Source: a virus (Duplodnaviria > Caudoviricetes). Taken from it: a stretch of 44,471 bases of DNA. The stretch lies in the IMG/VR virus record IMGVR_UViG_3300037762_000489, positions 1 through 44,471 of that record; one strand, given 5' to 3'. Under the pieces are notes generated by a model. It was not told the origin of the DNA, did not search any database, and saw only the letters and a list, made by a program, of their open reading frames with translations. Both the position numbers and the translations under genes were made by a program. Shown here piece by piece: positions 7,376-15,387 of this stretch. Within the stretch, counting starts at the first letter, position 1. Every line of letters starts with the position of its first letter.

Positions 7376-7930
7376 TTATCTCCCGAACAGCCCGCGCCGC
7401 TTGCGGGCCTCGTCCAACTGCTCCTGAAGCTGTCTGACCTCCTCTTCCAGCTTCCCCAGGTTCTCCAGCCGCCCCTCAAGCCGCCCCATTTCACGCTGAA
7501 GGCGGGTCAACTCCTCTTTGGCTTCCTCGTAACGCCCCCGCTCTACCTGGGTCTGCTGCTTGGCCTCTTCAAGTTGGTCATTCAGACGCTTCACCTCATC
7601 CAGCGCCCGGTTCAGGCGGTCTACCGAAACCAGCGCGATCTGCTGGCGGGCAGCATCCTCTTCAGGAGGATTGCCAGGCGGGACAGTTTCCACCCGCCAC
7701 CCGGATTCCAGTTCCTCCTCGATCCGCTCGTGCGGGACGCCCTGGTTCCTGAGTTCCGCCACCGTCGCCAGGATGATCTGATCACCCGCGTCGAACATCC
7801 GGGTGGCTTCATCGGTCAAGCCCCGGCCCAGCGGGGACAAATACCGCTTATAGCGCGATGACCAGTCTCTGATGGTCGAGTCGCTGACATTCAGCCGTCT
7901 GCTCAGTTCAGTCGATTTGATGGTGGTCAC
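7376..7930 (-). CDS. MerR-type HTH plus coiled-coil protein with amphipathic tail (RacA or pSK1 Par-like architecture)
   Basis: STELSRRLNVSDSTIRDWS...RMFDAGD, long heptad region, ends KRRGLFGR. Confidence 0.65.
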   Translation of the reverse strand: MTTIKSTELSRRLNVSDSTIRDWSSRYKRYLSPLGRGLTDEATRMFDAGDQIILATVAELRNQGVPHERIEEELESGWRVETVPPGNPPEEDAARQQIALVSVDRLNRALDEVKRLNDQLEEAKQQTQVERGRYEEAKEELTRLQREMGRLEGRLENLGKLEEEVRQLQEQLDEARKRRGLFGR

Positions 7931-8001
7931 GGCTCTGCGCTTTCGCTGGCTGGCCCGCGCTTCTTTGGCGCATCTGACGGGTTAAGCGCGGACCAGGGTG
8001 T

Positions 8002-8227
8002 AAAAAAAACCGTCTGCTCAGGGCAGGCGGTCGGGTAGCATAATAGGGCGCAATGTGATACGCTTTGGTCAGGTGAGGAGCCTGCAATTCCTCATCTACC
8101 AGCCAGGCCGCCAGGTTCGCGCCTGGCGGTTCCCTTTTTCCCCACCCCGTGACGGCAGTGACAGCTACCGTCACAGATAAGACCACTTGTTCTATCTCAG
8201 TATAATCAGGACTTTTCCCCCGCGCAA
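8002..8227 (-). promoter_or_regulatory. Promoter plus structured leader (about 190 nt) ending in a terminator upstream of the MerR gene
   Basis: TTGCGC (8227-8222)-17 bp-TATACT (8204-8199); hairpin 8030-8010 followed by T8. Confidence 0.5.
8070..8140 (+). ncRNA. Candidate antisense sRNA within the leader
   Basis: Extended -10 TGaTACGCT (8056-8064), two hairpins, the last CCGCCAGG-N-CCTGGCGG followed by a T-rich tract. Confidence 0.4.
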
Positions 8228-8306
8228 GGCCCTGCCGCCCCTGCCCGGTATGAATCCGGTTAGAGTTTCCGGCCCTGTGACGCAAAAATAGAACACAGGG
8301 TTAATT

Positions 8307-8368
8307 TCCCGAAATCGGGCGAATTGCCCTGTTTTGCTATTGACATGCTCCCGTATTCGGGATATAAT
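8307..8368 (+). promoter_or_regulatory. Consensus sigma70 promoter of moron 1 with two operator palindromes
   Basis: TTGACA (8340-8345)-17 bp-TATAAT (8363-8368); TCCCG-N4-CGGG at 8307-8320 and 8349-8362. Confidence 0.85.
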
Positions 8369-8412
8369 TAGGTATAAGTTGAGAGCAAACAGACACACAC
8401 AAAGGACCAACG

Positions 8413-8883
8413 ATGAAGGTACAACTGACAACTAAGGGGAACACGGAAATAACCTACGACGTAAGGACAGAGAGAGCATACGAGGCTTCGATTAAGGCGC
8501 TCGGAACCATCGTTAAGACCGCGACCTCTGGCTACAACAAGAGGATGTGGGTTGAGGGCGATAAGGTTGCTGAGGCTAAGGCCATCGACAAGAACAAGCC
8601 AGCTTATCGTCGCCCAGCGGCCCCTCGTCGTAACGACACCCTGAGTGGCTGGACGGAAGACCAGGAAGACGGGATCGCCCCCCTGCCCAAGCCCTTTGAC
8701 AGCGCCCAGGCAGAACAGAGCAAGCAGGAAGCCCGCGAGACCATTGCGGACGCAGAAGTATGGGCATTTGTAGATGCCTGCGCGAAACTGGTTAGCAACT
8801 ACAATCACGAAATTCGCTTCCCCAACCTGATTGATGGCAGCCCGATTGACGAACTCATTAAGGGATGGGTGGCAGCACTCTAA
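8413..8883 (+). CDS. Hypothetical protein (moron 1)
   Basis: AAAGGA RBS directly downstream of the consensus promoter. Confidence 0.8.
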   Translation: MKVQLTTKGNTEITYDVRTERAYEASIKALGTIVKTATSGYNKRMWVEGDKVAEAKAIDKNKPAYRRPAAPRRNDTLSGWTEDQEDGIAPLPKPFDSAQAEQSKQEARETIADAEVWAFVDACAKLVSNYNHEIRFPNLIDGSPIDELIKGWVAAL

Positions 8884-8939
8884 GCCGAAACGCCCTGCGG
8901 GGCGTCACCCTGGGGCGATGCCCAGGGTCTGATGACGGC
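8884..8939 (+). ncRNA. Type II hammerhead ribozyme
   Basis: GCC-GAAA-CGCCC(tgcg)GGGCG-TC-ACCCTGGG(gcgatg)CCCAGGGT-CTGATGA-C-GGC: core motifs and three stems present. Confidence 0.85.
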
Positions 8940-8971
8940 AGTCACCGCAAATAAATTGGAAGGAACGAACG

Positions 8972-9616
8972 ATGAACACTGAAACCTATTCAAGAATTAC
9001 CAATCTCGTTATGCCAGCAGTAGAGTGTAGCATCATGGAGTGGACAAGTGCCACAACTTTTGCCAGCGACGTGCTTGAAATGATGAACGAATACTATGAT
9101 GGCCTGCCGGAAGGGATCACAAAGGACGCTCTCGTTGATTACTACGAATCAATACTAGTTGACGAGTTTGTTGAGGTCTTCACACTTGCAGATAACTCAA
9201 GCCAGCCCTTCCAATGGATGATCCTGGGCGTTGATATGAGCATCTTGGCAGAAAGCGATAACACTATCATCGCCCACGTTGATGGTCACGTCGAGGTGGG
9301 CATAGGCGAAGCTCGCGACTCAGAACGTCACGGCTTTGGCAGCCTCACGGACGCCCAGGCAATGGATGCCTACAAGACCCACTCGACTGAGTACGGGCGG
9401 GTGCTGAAATACATCCGGGCGGCGGTAGAAGAGTATCAAATAGAGCTTGCCCTTAACGAGATCATCACCACCTCCGAGGCCGCAGAGCGCTACAACCTGG
9501 ACGACTCCACGCCCAAGAAGGCGGCGCAGGAAGGGGCTATCCCCGCCCGCAAAAGCGGCGGGACCTGGCTCATCCGGCGCGAGGACGCTGAGGCGAGATG
9601 GGGCAAGCGCAAGTAA
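8972..9616 (+). CDS. Acidic protein with C-terminal HTH_17 domain (moron 1 regulator)
   Basis: IITTSEAAERYNLDDSTPKKAAQEGAIPARKSGGTWLIRRED; AAGGA RBS. Confidence 0.8.
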   Translation: MNTETYSRITNLVMPAVECSIMEWTSATTFASDVLEMMNEYYDGLPEGITKDALVDYYESILVDEFVEVFTLADNSSQPFQWMILGVDMSILAESDNTIIAHVDGHVEVGIGEARDSERHGFGSLTDAQAMDAYKTHSTEYGRVLKYIRAAVEEYQIELALNEIITTSEAAERYNLDDSTPKKAAQEGAIPARKSGGTWLIRREDAEARWGKRK

Positions 9617-9638
9617 CCGTAACTCGCGCCCAACTACA

Positions 9639-9666
9639 AGGCCCGCATTTAGCGGGCCTCCTTTTT
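9639..9666 (+). terminator. Intrinsic terminator of moron 1
   Basis: AGGCCCGC-attta-GCGGGCCT followed by CCTTTTT. Confidence 0.7.
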
Positions 9667-9867
9667 GACCAGTAGCCACCCGTGCTACAATCGGGGCATG
9701 GACCATTTCTTTGACCCGCCCCCGCCGACGCCTACGCCGCACCGCCTATCGCCAGGATCGACGCCTTGCGGGAGGTCTACGCCGCCGCCTACCGCCAGGG
9801 TTATCAGGACGGCCTGAAGGCCCGGATCATGCGTGCGCGATCCGGGCCTCGACAAAGAAGGAAGAAC

Positions 9868-10350
9868 CTACGCCGCCCGACGCAGTTCTCCGCCGTACTC
9901 CCGTCCCCCCTTGAAGGCCAGGAACTCGTCCGCCGCCGCGTCTGAACCGGGCGGTTCGGCTTCGGGGCCGAACTTCGGGAGAATCCAGCCTACCTTTTTG
10001 AAGATTTCGTAAATCGCTTTCCCGGACGGCGCGACTGAAAGCCAGAGCAGGAAAGCGCCCATCAGCATAGCGACGGCTTCATTAGCCTGGCTCTCCAGGT
10101 TTCCCTGCCCGATGAAGCTCAGGATATAGACGATGACCACCAGGACCGCCCCCACGCGGGAGGCGATCACCCCGGCGGTCCCGTCGCTGATCCAGCCGCG
10201 TTCTTTCGCAAACTGGGTCGCCTGGACAACCAAGAGGCCGATGATCAGGACCGTGAACAGCAGGAAGGCGAAGGCCGCCACCAGGTCCACGTTCCCCAGA
10301 ATGTTCCCCAGGAAGGGGAAGAGCATCACTAACAGTTCGATCAGAGTCAT
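9868..10350 (-). CDS. Holin-like multi-TM membrane protein
   Basis: 3-4 hydrophobic helices and a charged C-terminus; last gene of the late operon; AAAGGA RBS before 10350. Confidence 0.6.
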   Translation of the reverse strand: MTLIELLVMLFPFLGNILGNVDLVAAFAFLLFTVLIIGLLVVQATQFAKERGWISDGTAGVIASRVGAVLVVIVYILSFIGQGNLESQANEAVAMLMGAFLLWLSVAPSGKAIYEIFKKVGWILPKFGPEAEPPGSDAAADEFLAFKGGREYGGELRRAA

Positions 10351-10372
10351 GAGATTTCCTTTTCTTTTACTT

Positions 10373-12685
10373 CTATTGATAGTAGCTTGCGATGTAGTCA
10401 TACCACAGGCGACCCATGTCGCCCGTGATCTCGAAGGACCCCCAGCCTCCAAAATTGCCGTGAACAAAGATCATTCCATAAACCCCGTCTCTTCGGTAGA
10501 GTAAGTCGATGTAAAGCAGGTAGGCGAAATACAACTGCTCATCAGTGAGAGTGTCGTTTTGCGCCTGGCTTGCAATAAAGGCCCTGGTCGCGGGCGGGTA
10601 TTCACGGCTCTGGGCCTGCTCTCGCAAAAACTGCACCGCCTCCGGCTCCCAGCTTGCCCTCCATATCGGAACCCAGTCCCACGCGCCGCGCTCAATGCCG
10701 CCGTAGTAGGCCACAACGTCCGTGCTGTGCCCTACATAGTCGGCTCCGGTTTCGTCTACCAGGTTGATCAGGTCGTAGGGGTAGCTGTGGTGGCGGTCAA
10801 TGAGGTGAGCCTCATCCGCCCAGCGCAGATCAAAAGGATCAACCGTTCCGGCGGCATAGGCCGCGTTCTGCTGTTCACCTCTCCACAGGGACGGCCCGCC
10901 GCCCGCGTACTGATGGGACAGGAAGGGATGGCCCTGGAGATAAGCGTGCCGGAACATCGGTTCTAACACCGGGTAGAGGCTGTAGTCCGGCGTGCCGACG
11001 GCGAACTTTCCCACGCAGGCCAACAGGCCGCGCTCCTCCATCAGCTTCATGCGCCATACTTCAAACGCGACAAAGCGGGCGGCTTTGAACTCCGCCGTCC
11101 CCTGCTCGTCGGTATTGAAGTTCGTCTCGTTGTAGCCTGCAAAGCATATCTTACTGAAGTCAGCGCCTCGACTGCGTAAGTGAGTGACAAAGTAATCAGT
11201 GACCCGCGCCCACTCCAGGGCCATATCATAGGGGTCACGGAACAGGCCGCCAGAACGGTAAAAGTCGTCCTCTAACCGCCAGTGGGTGAACACCACCCAT
11301 GCCGTGCGCGGGTTAGCGGCGGCGCTGGTAGTCAGGTCCATATCCTCAGTGGTGAGCAAAGCGGGAGCATCCGGGTAGCCCTGCGTGTAACGCTGGACGT
11401 TACTGCCCAGCGCCGGACTGCGGCACATCTCCGCCCGGCAGAGAGTCACCTGTTCGCCTTCCCACCATTTCACCCACCCGGAGCACGGCCCAACGCCCAC
11501 ACACTCACCCGTGATTTCCAGCCAGACGGTCCCGTGATGCGGGTACTCCCGGCTGCTGGTGACGAGACGCGGGTAGCCCAACTCGCCGATCACCGGTCCG
11601 CCGGGGCACTCCTGTACCAGCAGGTTAGGGTAGAGCGTCTCGTAATCGGTGGGGCGGGTGGCGTTCGCCTGGACTGCCGGACACTCAGCGACCGGGGTCG
11701 GCTCCGGTAGAGGCGTTGCATCAGGCGGAACTATCGGCGTGGGGGTCGGGATAGGCGTGGCGACCACGCCCCCCGTACAGCGCAGGTCAGCGGCGTAAAT
11801 AATCGACTCCTGATGGGTGATCGGGTAGCCGCGCTTATTTCGTACAAAAACCGTCACAAGCGGGCCGTCCGCCAGGAACTCGACGGTGTGTTCAGTCACC
11901 CTGTCCCATTCCTGCCACGTGTCAAGTTCCAGCGCATTGCCTGCCATCCAGGGAAGTGACCCGTCGAAGGAGACGCCCAGTCCCCAGTTCGAGGCATGTC
12001 CGCTGAGGTCAGGGGGGTCACTTTGGCCCTGATGCCAGTCTCCGTCAACCTGATAATCAAGTGTCTTCGACTTCAGTTCGCAACGTGCGCCAGCCTGTAC
12101 CACTACCGTTTGCCAGAGGGCAACGTCCGTCACCCTCTGGAAAGAGAACCATTGCTGACCATCGTCATCTATGGCAAAAGTGAACTCTTGCTCGTCAAAA
12201 TCAACTGGCTTTGCTTCCGGCTTGTGCCCCTGCCCCAGCACATCCTCAGTGTTGCAGTCTATCGTCTGCCCACTGCGACAGGGATGGGTATCAGGATTGG
12301 GGTTGTAGGCCAGCTTCCAGCCTCCCATCACGCACAAGGTTCCGCCAGGACCATCCTGGAAACAAGCCGAACTGTAGCCCCCACGGAGTTCCGGGTTGAG
12401 CAGTAGTTCTGGTCCCAGCCCCTGGGCCTGAGTTGGCGTTACTGAAGGTGTGGTAGAAGCGGTAGGCGACAGGGTGATAGTTGAGGTGACTGACGGCTCC
12501 AGACTTGGAGTCGATGTCCCTGGTTCAAGTGTGCTGGTTTCCTCAGCCGTTTCGCTGGGAGGCGGAGTCAGGGTTACTGGTACTTCGACGGTGACAATGA
12601 TCGGCCCCACGCAGGCCACCATCAGGATCATCGCCGCGACCAGCACCAGGCTACCTATTCGATAATTGTAAGCCATGTCATTCAT
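10373..12685 (-). CDS. Multidomain lipoprotein: lipobox, P/T linkers, CBM-like, SH3-like and GH-A-like domain; candidate lysin
   Basis: ILMVAC lipobox; TPIPTPTP linkers; FAGYNE, LSHQY and VDETG motifs spaced like a clan GH-A barrel; lies between membrane genes at the end of the late operon. Confidence 0.6.
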   Translation of the reverse strand: MNDMAYNYRIGSLVLVAAMILMVACVGPIIVTVEVPVTLTPPPSETAEETSTLEPGTSTPSLEPSVTSTITLSPTASTTPSVTPTQAQGLGPELLLNPELRGGYSSACFQDGPGGTLCVMGGWKLAYNPNPDTHPCRSGQTIDCNTEDVLGQGHKPEAKPVDFDEQEFTFAIDDDGQQWFSFQRVTDVALWQTVVVQAGARCELKSKTLDYQVDGDWHQGQSDPPDLSGHASNWGLGVSFDGSLPWMAGNALELDTWQEWDRVTEHTVEFLADGPLVTVFVRNKRGYPITHQESIIYAADLRCTGGVVATPIPTPTPIVPPDATPLPEPTPVAECPAVQANATRPTDYETLYPNLLVQECPGGPVIGELGYPRLVTSSREYPHHGTVWLEITGECVGVGPCSGWVKWWEGEQVTLCRAEMCRSPALGSNVQRYTQGYPDAPALLTTEDMDLTTSAAANPRTAWVVFTHWRLEDDFYRSGGLFRDPYDMALEWARVTDYFVTHLRSRGADFSKICFAGYNETNFNTDEQGTAEFKAARFVAFEVWRMKLMEERGLLACVGKFAVGTPDYSLYPVLEPMFRHAYLQGHPFLSHQYAGGGPSLWRGEQQNAAYAAGTVDPFDLRWADEAHLIDRHHSYPYDLINLVDETGADYVGHSTDVVAYYGGIERGAWDWVPIWRASWEPEAVQFLREQAQSREYPPATRAFIASQAQNDTLTDEQLYFAYLLYIDLLYRRDGVYGMIFVHGNFGGWGSFEITGDMGRLWYDYIASYYQ

Positions 12686-13148
12686 TGCAATCCTCTCGGA
12701 TGCTGAAATGCACTCGAAAATGGTCTGACCGGGCCGGGGAGAACTGGCTGACCGAGATGTTGATCAACTCGTAACTCCCTGGGGGCAGGTCCGGTATGAC
12801 GAAATCGAAGGCCGTCGCCACCGTCTCGCCCTTGTCAAGCCAGCGATAAATCGGCGGCTCGGCGATCATGTTGCGCCCGGTCGCTTCGTCTACTACAAGT
12901 CGGTAGTTATGGAAGACCCCCCCTATGTCGCTGCTAACCTCGTACTCGATAGGAGCAGTCCAACCAGGACAGGCGGGTTCGTTCAGATAAAATTCGTCCA
13001 CCGAATAGCTGATAGCCGAGATCGTTTCCCTTCCTGCTGACAGGACCAGCAGGGCCGCCACCCCTAAACCGAGCAGCATCAGGTTAAAGAGTCGGTTCAT
13101 CCAGCGCCCGCCTCCGTTGTTCAGCCATGCAATCGCCCTATTGATCAT
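12678..13148 (-). CDS. Membrane-anchored Ig-like protein of the lysis region
   Basis: N-terminal TM, PDLPPGSYEL motif, ATGA coupling. Confidence 0.6.
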   Translation of the reverse strand: MINRAIAWLNNGGGRWMNRLFNLMLLGLGVAALLVLSAGRETISAISYSVDEFYLNEPACPGWTAPIEYEVSSDIGGVFHNYRLVVDEATGRNMIAEPPIYRWLDKGETVATAFDFVIPDLPPGSYELINISVSQFSPARSDHFRVHFSIREDCNE

Positions 13149-13501
13149 CGCAGCAACCCTCCCAGCACATCCAGGATCAAGCCTGGATCGTTCCCTGCCA
13201 GCACCCACATGAAGAGCGCCCCCAGTCCGAAACGGGGCAACACCTTGATAGCTTTGATCGCCAGACCCCAGGCAGTCATAAGTTGACGGTGCTCTTCGAG
13301 CAGGCCCGTCTTCCCACTCTCCACATCACCCAGCACAACCCTTCTGAGTGCTCGGTGCTCGACCAGCAGGCCGTCAATCCCCGTCTGCTGGTCGCCTAAC
13401 AAGACCCTGTTGAGCACGCTCAGATCGTCAGACAGCTTTTCGAGGCGCACGGACAAGATGTTCATCGCCTGTGTGTTGGCCTGCACCGTCATGTCGTCCA
13501 T
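13145..13501 (-). CDS. Coiled-coil plus C-terminal TM protein (holin or XhlA-like)
   Basis: Internal repeat VLLGDQQTGIDGLLVEHR / VVLGDVESGKTGLLEEHR, then a hydrophobic tail. Confidence 0.55.
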   Translation of the reverse strand: MDDMTVQANTQAMNILSVRLEKLSDDLSVLNRVLLGDQQTGIDGLLVEHRALRRVVLGDVESGKTGLLEEHRQLMTAWGLAIKAIKVLPRFGLGALFMWVLAGNDPGLILDVLGGLLR

Positions 13502-13553
13502 CAGCTATTTGCTCCTATCTCTCCAGATGGTCGCTTCTTTCATCAAGCCTCCT

Positions 13554-14597
13554 TTACGCCGGGTTAGGCGGGAACAGCCTGGCCTTCACAACACCGATGC
13601 CAAACTGGTTGCCGGTCGCATTATCTGATTTGGCCCTCACCGTCACATTAATATCCCCTGAGTAAGTGATGGCCTGGTTGTCTCCAGACTTAGTTTGTCG
13701 AATATTAGCCGAAGCGGCGATGTTGGTGATATAGGACTCTGCGTAGAAGCGGTAATCCAGGTCATTATTAGTCGGGTCAAAAATGACCCGACCGCTGAAC
13801 TTGTGAAGACCCCGATCTCCACCACCCGGCGTGGCAACAAACGTTACCTGCTGGTATAGCAGCGTGCCTTCTACCTCAACATCATAGGTATAGATACGAT
13901 TTGCCCCACTGTTGTTAATCGATTCAATGACGCCCTCAAAATCAAGGACAGCCCCATCGACCACATAGGCAGCAGGGAGATCGAAACTCAGCACAGTGAC
14001 AAAAGAGGTCGAGGCAATACTGATTCCGCCACTTTCAATATCGCCGAAGGTGAGTGTTGGGTCGCCCCCCCCACCTGACGCAGTGGCATCCTTCCAAACC
14101 GCCGCGCCGACCGAGGCATCCAGGCAGACATACATCAGGTCATTGGTGGTATCAAACCAGAATGATCCCACCCCATAGCCAGACGCGCTGTCGTCGGTCA
14201 GGGCGGGGGCAGCGGTCGCGGCGAAGTTGGACTTCTTGTTGCTGGCGACCGCGCCAGCGCTGGCCTGGACCAGAAAACCGGGACCGGATGAGCCACTGAG
14301 ATCAGCCCCGGTCCCGCCGCGAGCCAGGGGAAGCTGACCGGACCCTAATGCCAATGAAGCATTGAGTTGTCCCCCACCGGCAGCGTCCTGGTGGGAATGG
14401 GCCTTATCGCCAAGATCGGCAAAATCAACGACCTGCACCGGGTCCAGGTCAGTCAGGGTCCCGGATTCATCCTTCAGATAGGGATGTCCCCCAACCGTAT
14501 AAAGCCGCACTGTACCGGCGGCGGCATTCCCGGGATGGCTCCCCTGATCCCGCAGCGGGTAATAATCGATAGTGGTAGCGTCTTCAATATCTGGCAT
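13554..14597 (-). CDS. Tail fibre or receptor-binding protein
   Basis: LPLARGGTG and APALTDDSASGYGVGSFWFDTT...YVCLDASVGAAVWK fibre motifs; beta-rich C-terminus. Confidence 0.7.
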   Translation of the reverse strand: MPDIEDATTIDYYPLRDQGSHPGNAAAGTVRLYTVGGHPYLKDESGTLTDLDPVQVVDFADLGDKAHSHQDAAGGGQLNASLALGSGQLPLARGGTGADLSGSSGPGFLVQASAGAVASNKKSNFAATAAPALTDDSASGYGVGSFWFDTTNDLMYVCLDASVGAAVWKDATASGGGGDPTLTFGDIESGGISIASTSFVTVLSFDLPAAYVVDGAVLDFEGVIESINNSGANRIYTYDVEVEGTLLYQQVTFVATPGGGDRGLHKFSGRVIFDPTNNDLDYRFYAESYITNIAASANIRQTKSGDNQAITYSGDINVTVRAKSDNATGNQFGIGVVKARLFPPNPA

Positions 14598-14598
14598 A

Positions 14599-14751
14599 TC
14601 AACCTCCAGGCTCGTAAGTCGTCAATGGACTGCCACTCGTCGTCAGGTCCAGCCCATCGCTGGTCAGGGTCGCCAGGACCATCTCAGGGACCGTGCCCTG
14701 GGACTCCCATTCCAGCGATGCGGTTGAAGCGCTCCAGGGTTCGTCGCTCAT
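14599..14751 (-). CDS. 50-aa tail-region microprotein (not in ORF track)
   Basis: ATGA overlap with the upstream gene; fills the gap exactly. Confidence 0.5.
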   Translation of the reverse strand: MSDEPWSASTASLEWESQGTVPEMVLATLTSDGLDLTTSGSPLTTYEPGG

Positions 14752-15095
14752 GTGGTCAGGCTCCCCAGGATGGTCAGGCCCCCGCTGAGGTAGACATCCT
14801 CAACTGAACCGTCGCTAATGCGTAATTCGTGGTAGTAGGCTCCCGGCGCAATGTCGATATCCGCCCGGTCAATCGTGATCTCCAGCCATCCTGCCTGTGG
14901 CGTATCGAGCGCAATGCCTGCGGCCTGGGTTTTCGTGAAGACGGCTACCGGGTCATCTGCACCGCGAGTCACTTTCCAGGTGACGGTGAAGCCAGCGACT
15001 GAGCCATAGAGCAGGCCGTCGGCATCGTAGACTTTGACCTGTTTGCTGTGGTCGGTATCCCTGTAAAAGGTCTCATTCTGGCCTGTAATCGTCAT
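14748..15095 (-). CDS. BppU N-terminal-like baseplate protein
   Basis: GWLEITIDRADIDIAPGAYYHELRISDG...GGLTI pattern. Confidence 0.6.
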   Translation of the reverse strand: MTITGQNETFYRDTDHSKQVKVYDADGLLYGSVAGFTVTWKVTRGADDPVAVFTKTQAAGIALDTPQAGWLEITIDRADIDIAPGAYYHELRISDGSVEDVYLSGGLTILGSLTT

Positions 15096-15096
15096 T

Positions 15097-15387
15097 TCAT
15101 ACCGCTTTCGTCATGGCTAAATACCACCAGTTCGTGCCATCTGACCCCACCAGATAGACGGCAGAGCCAGCTCCCGCATCATCCACCAGGCCCAGGAAAC
15201 CGGCCCCGACTGTCGCCGGGGTCCCGAAGGCGGTATCCAGTTCGGCGTCGGTGGGTGGGCTGCTCACATTGCTGGTCGAGACCGGGAGGAAGGCCGCGTT
15301 CTCCTGCCGATCTAACTCCCGCAGACGGCGCTTCAATCCCTCGATCTGTTTGATCAACTGTTCTCCTGCGATCAGGCTAATTGACAT
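15097..15387 (-). CDS. Minor tail protein
   Basis: N-terminal coiled coil and YLVGSDGTNWW; position after the hub protein. Confidence 0.6.
   Translation of the reverse strand: MSISLIAGEQLIKQIEGLKRRLRELDRQENAAFLPVSTSNVSSPPTDAELDTAFGTPATVGAGFLGLVDDAGAGSAVYLVGSDGTNWWYLAMTKAV

Noticed and set aside
8033-8060. dif-like XerCD site
   Set aside because: The left arm resembles the XerC site (GCATAA) but the right arm does not match the XerD consensus
8249-8264. Additional copy of palindrome A (TATGAATCCGGTTAGA)
   Set aside because: Needs an insertion and mismatches; too degenerate to support
13554-14597. Diversity-generating retroelement targeting the fibre
   Set aside because: No reverse transcriptase and no template/variable repeat pair seen
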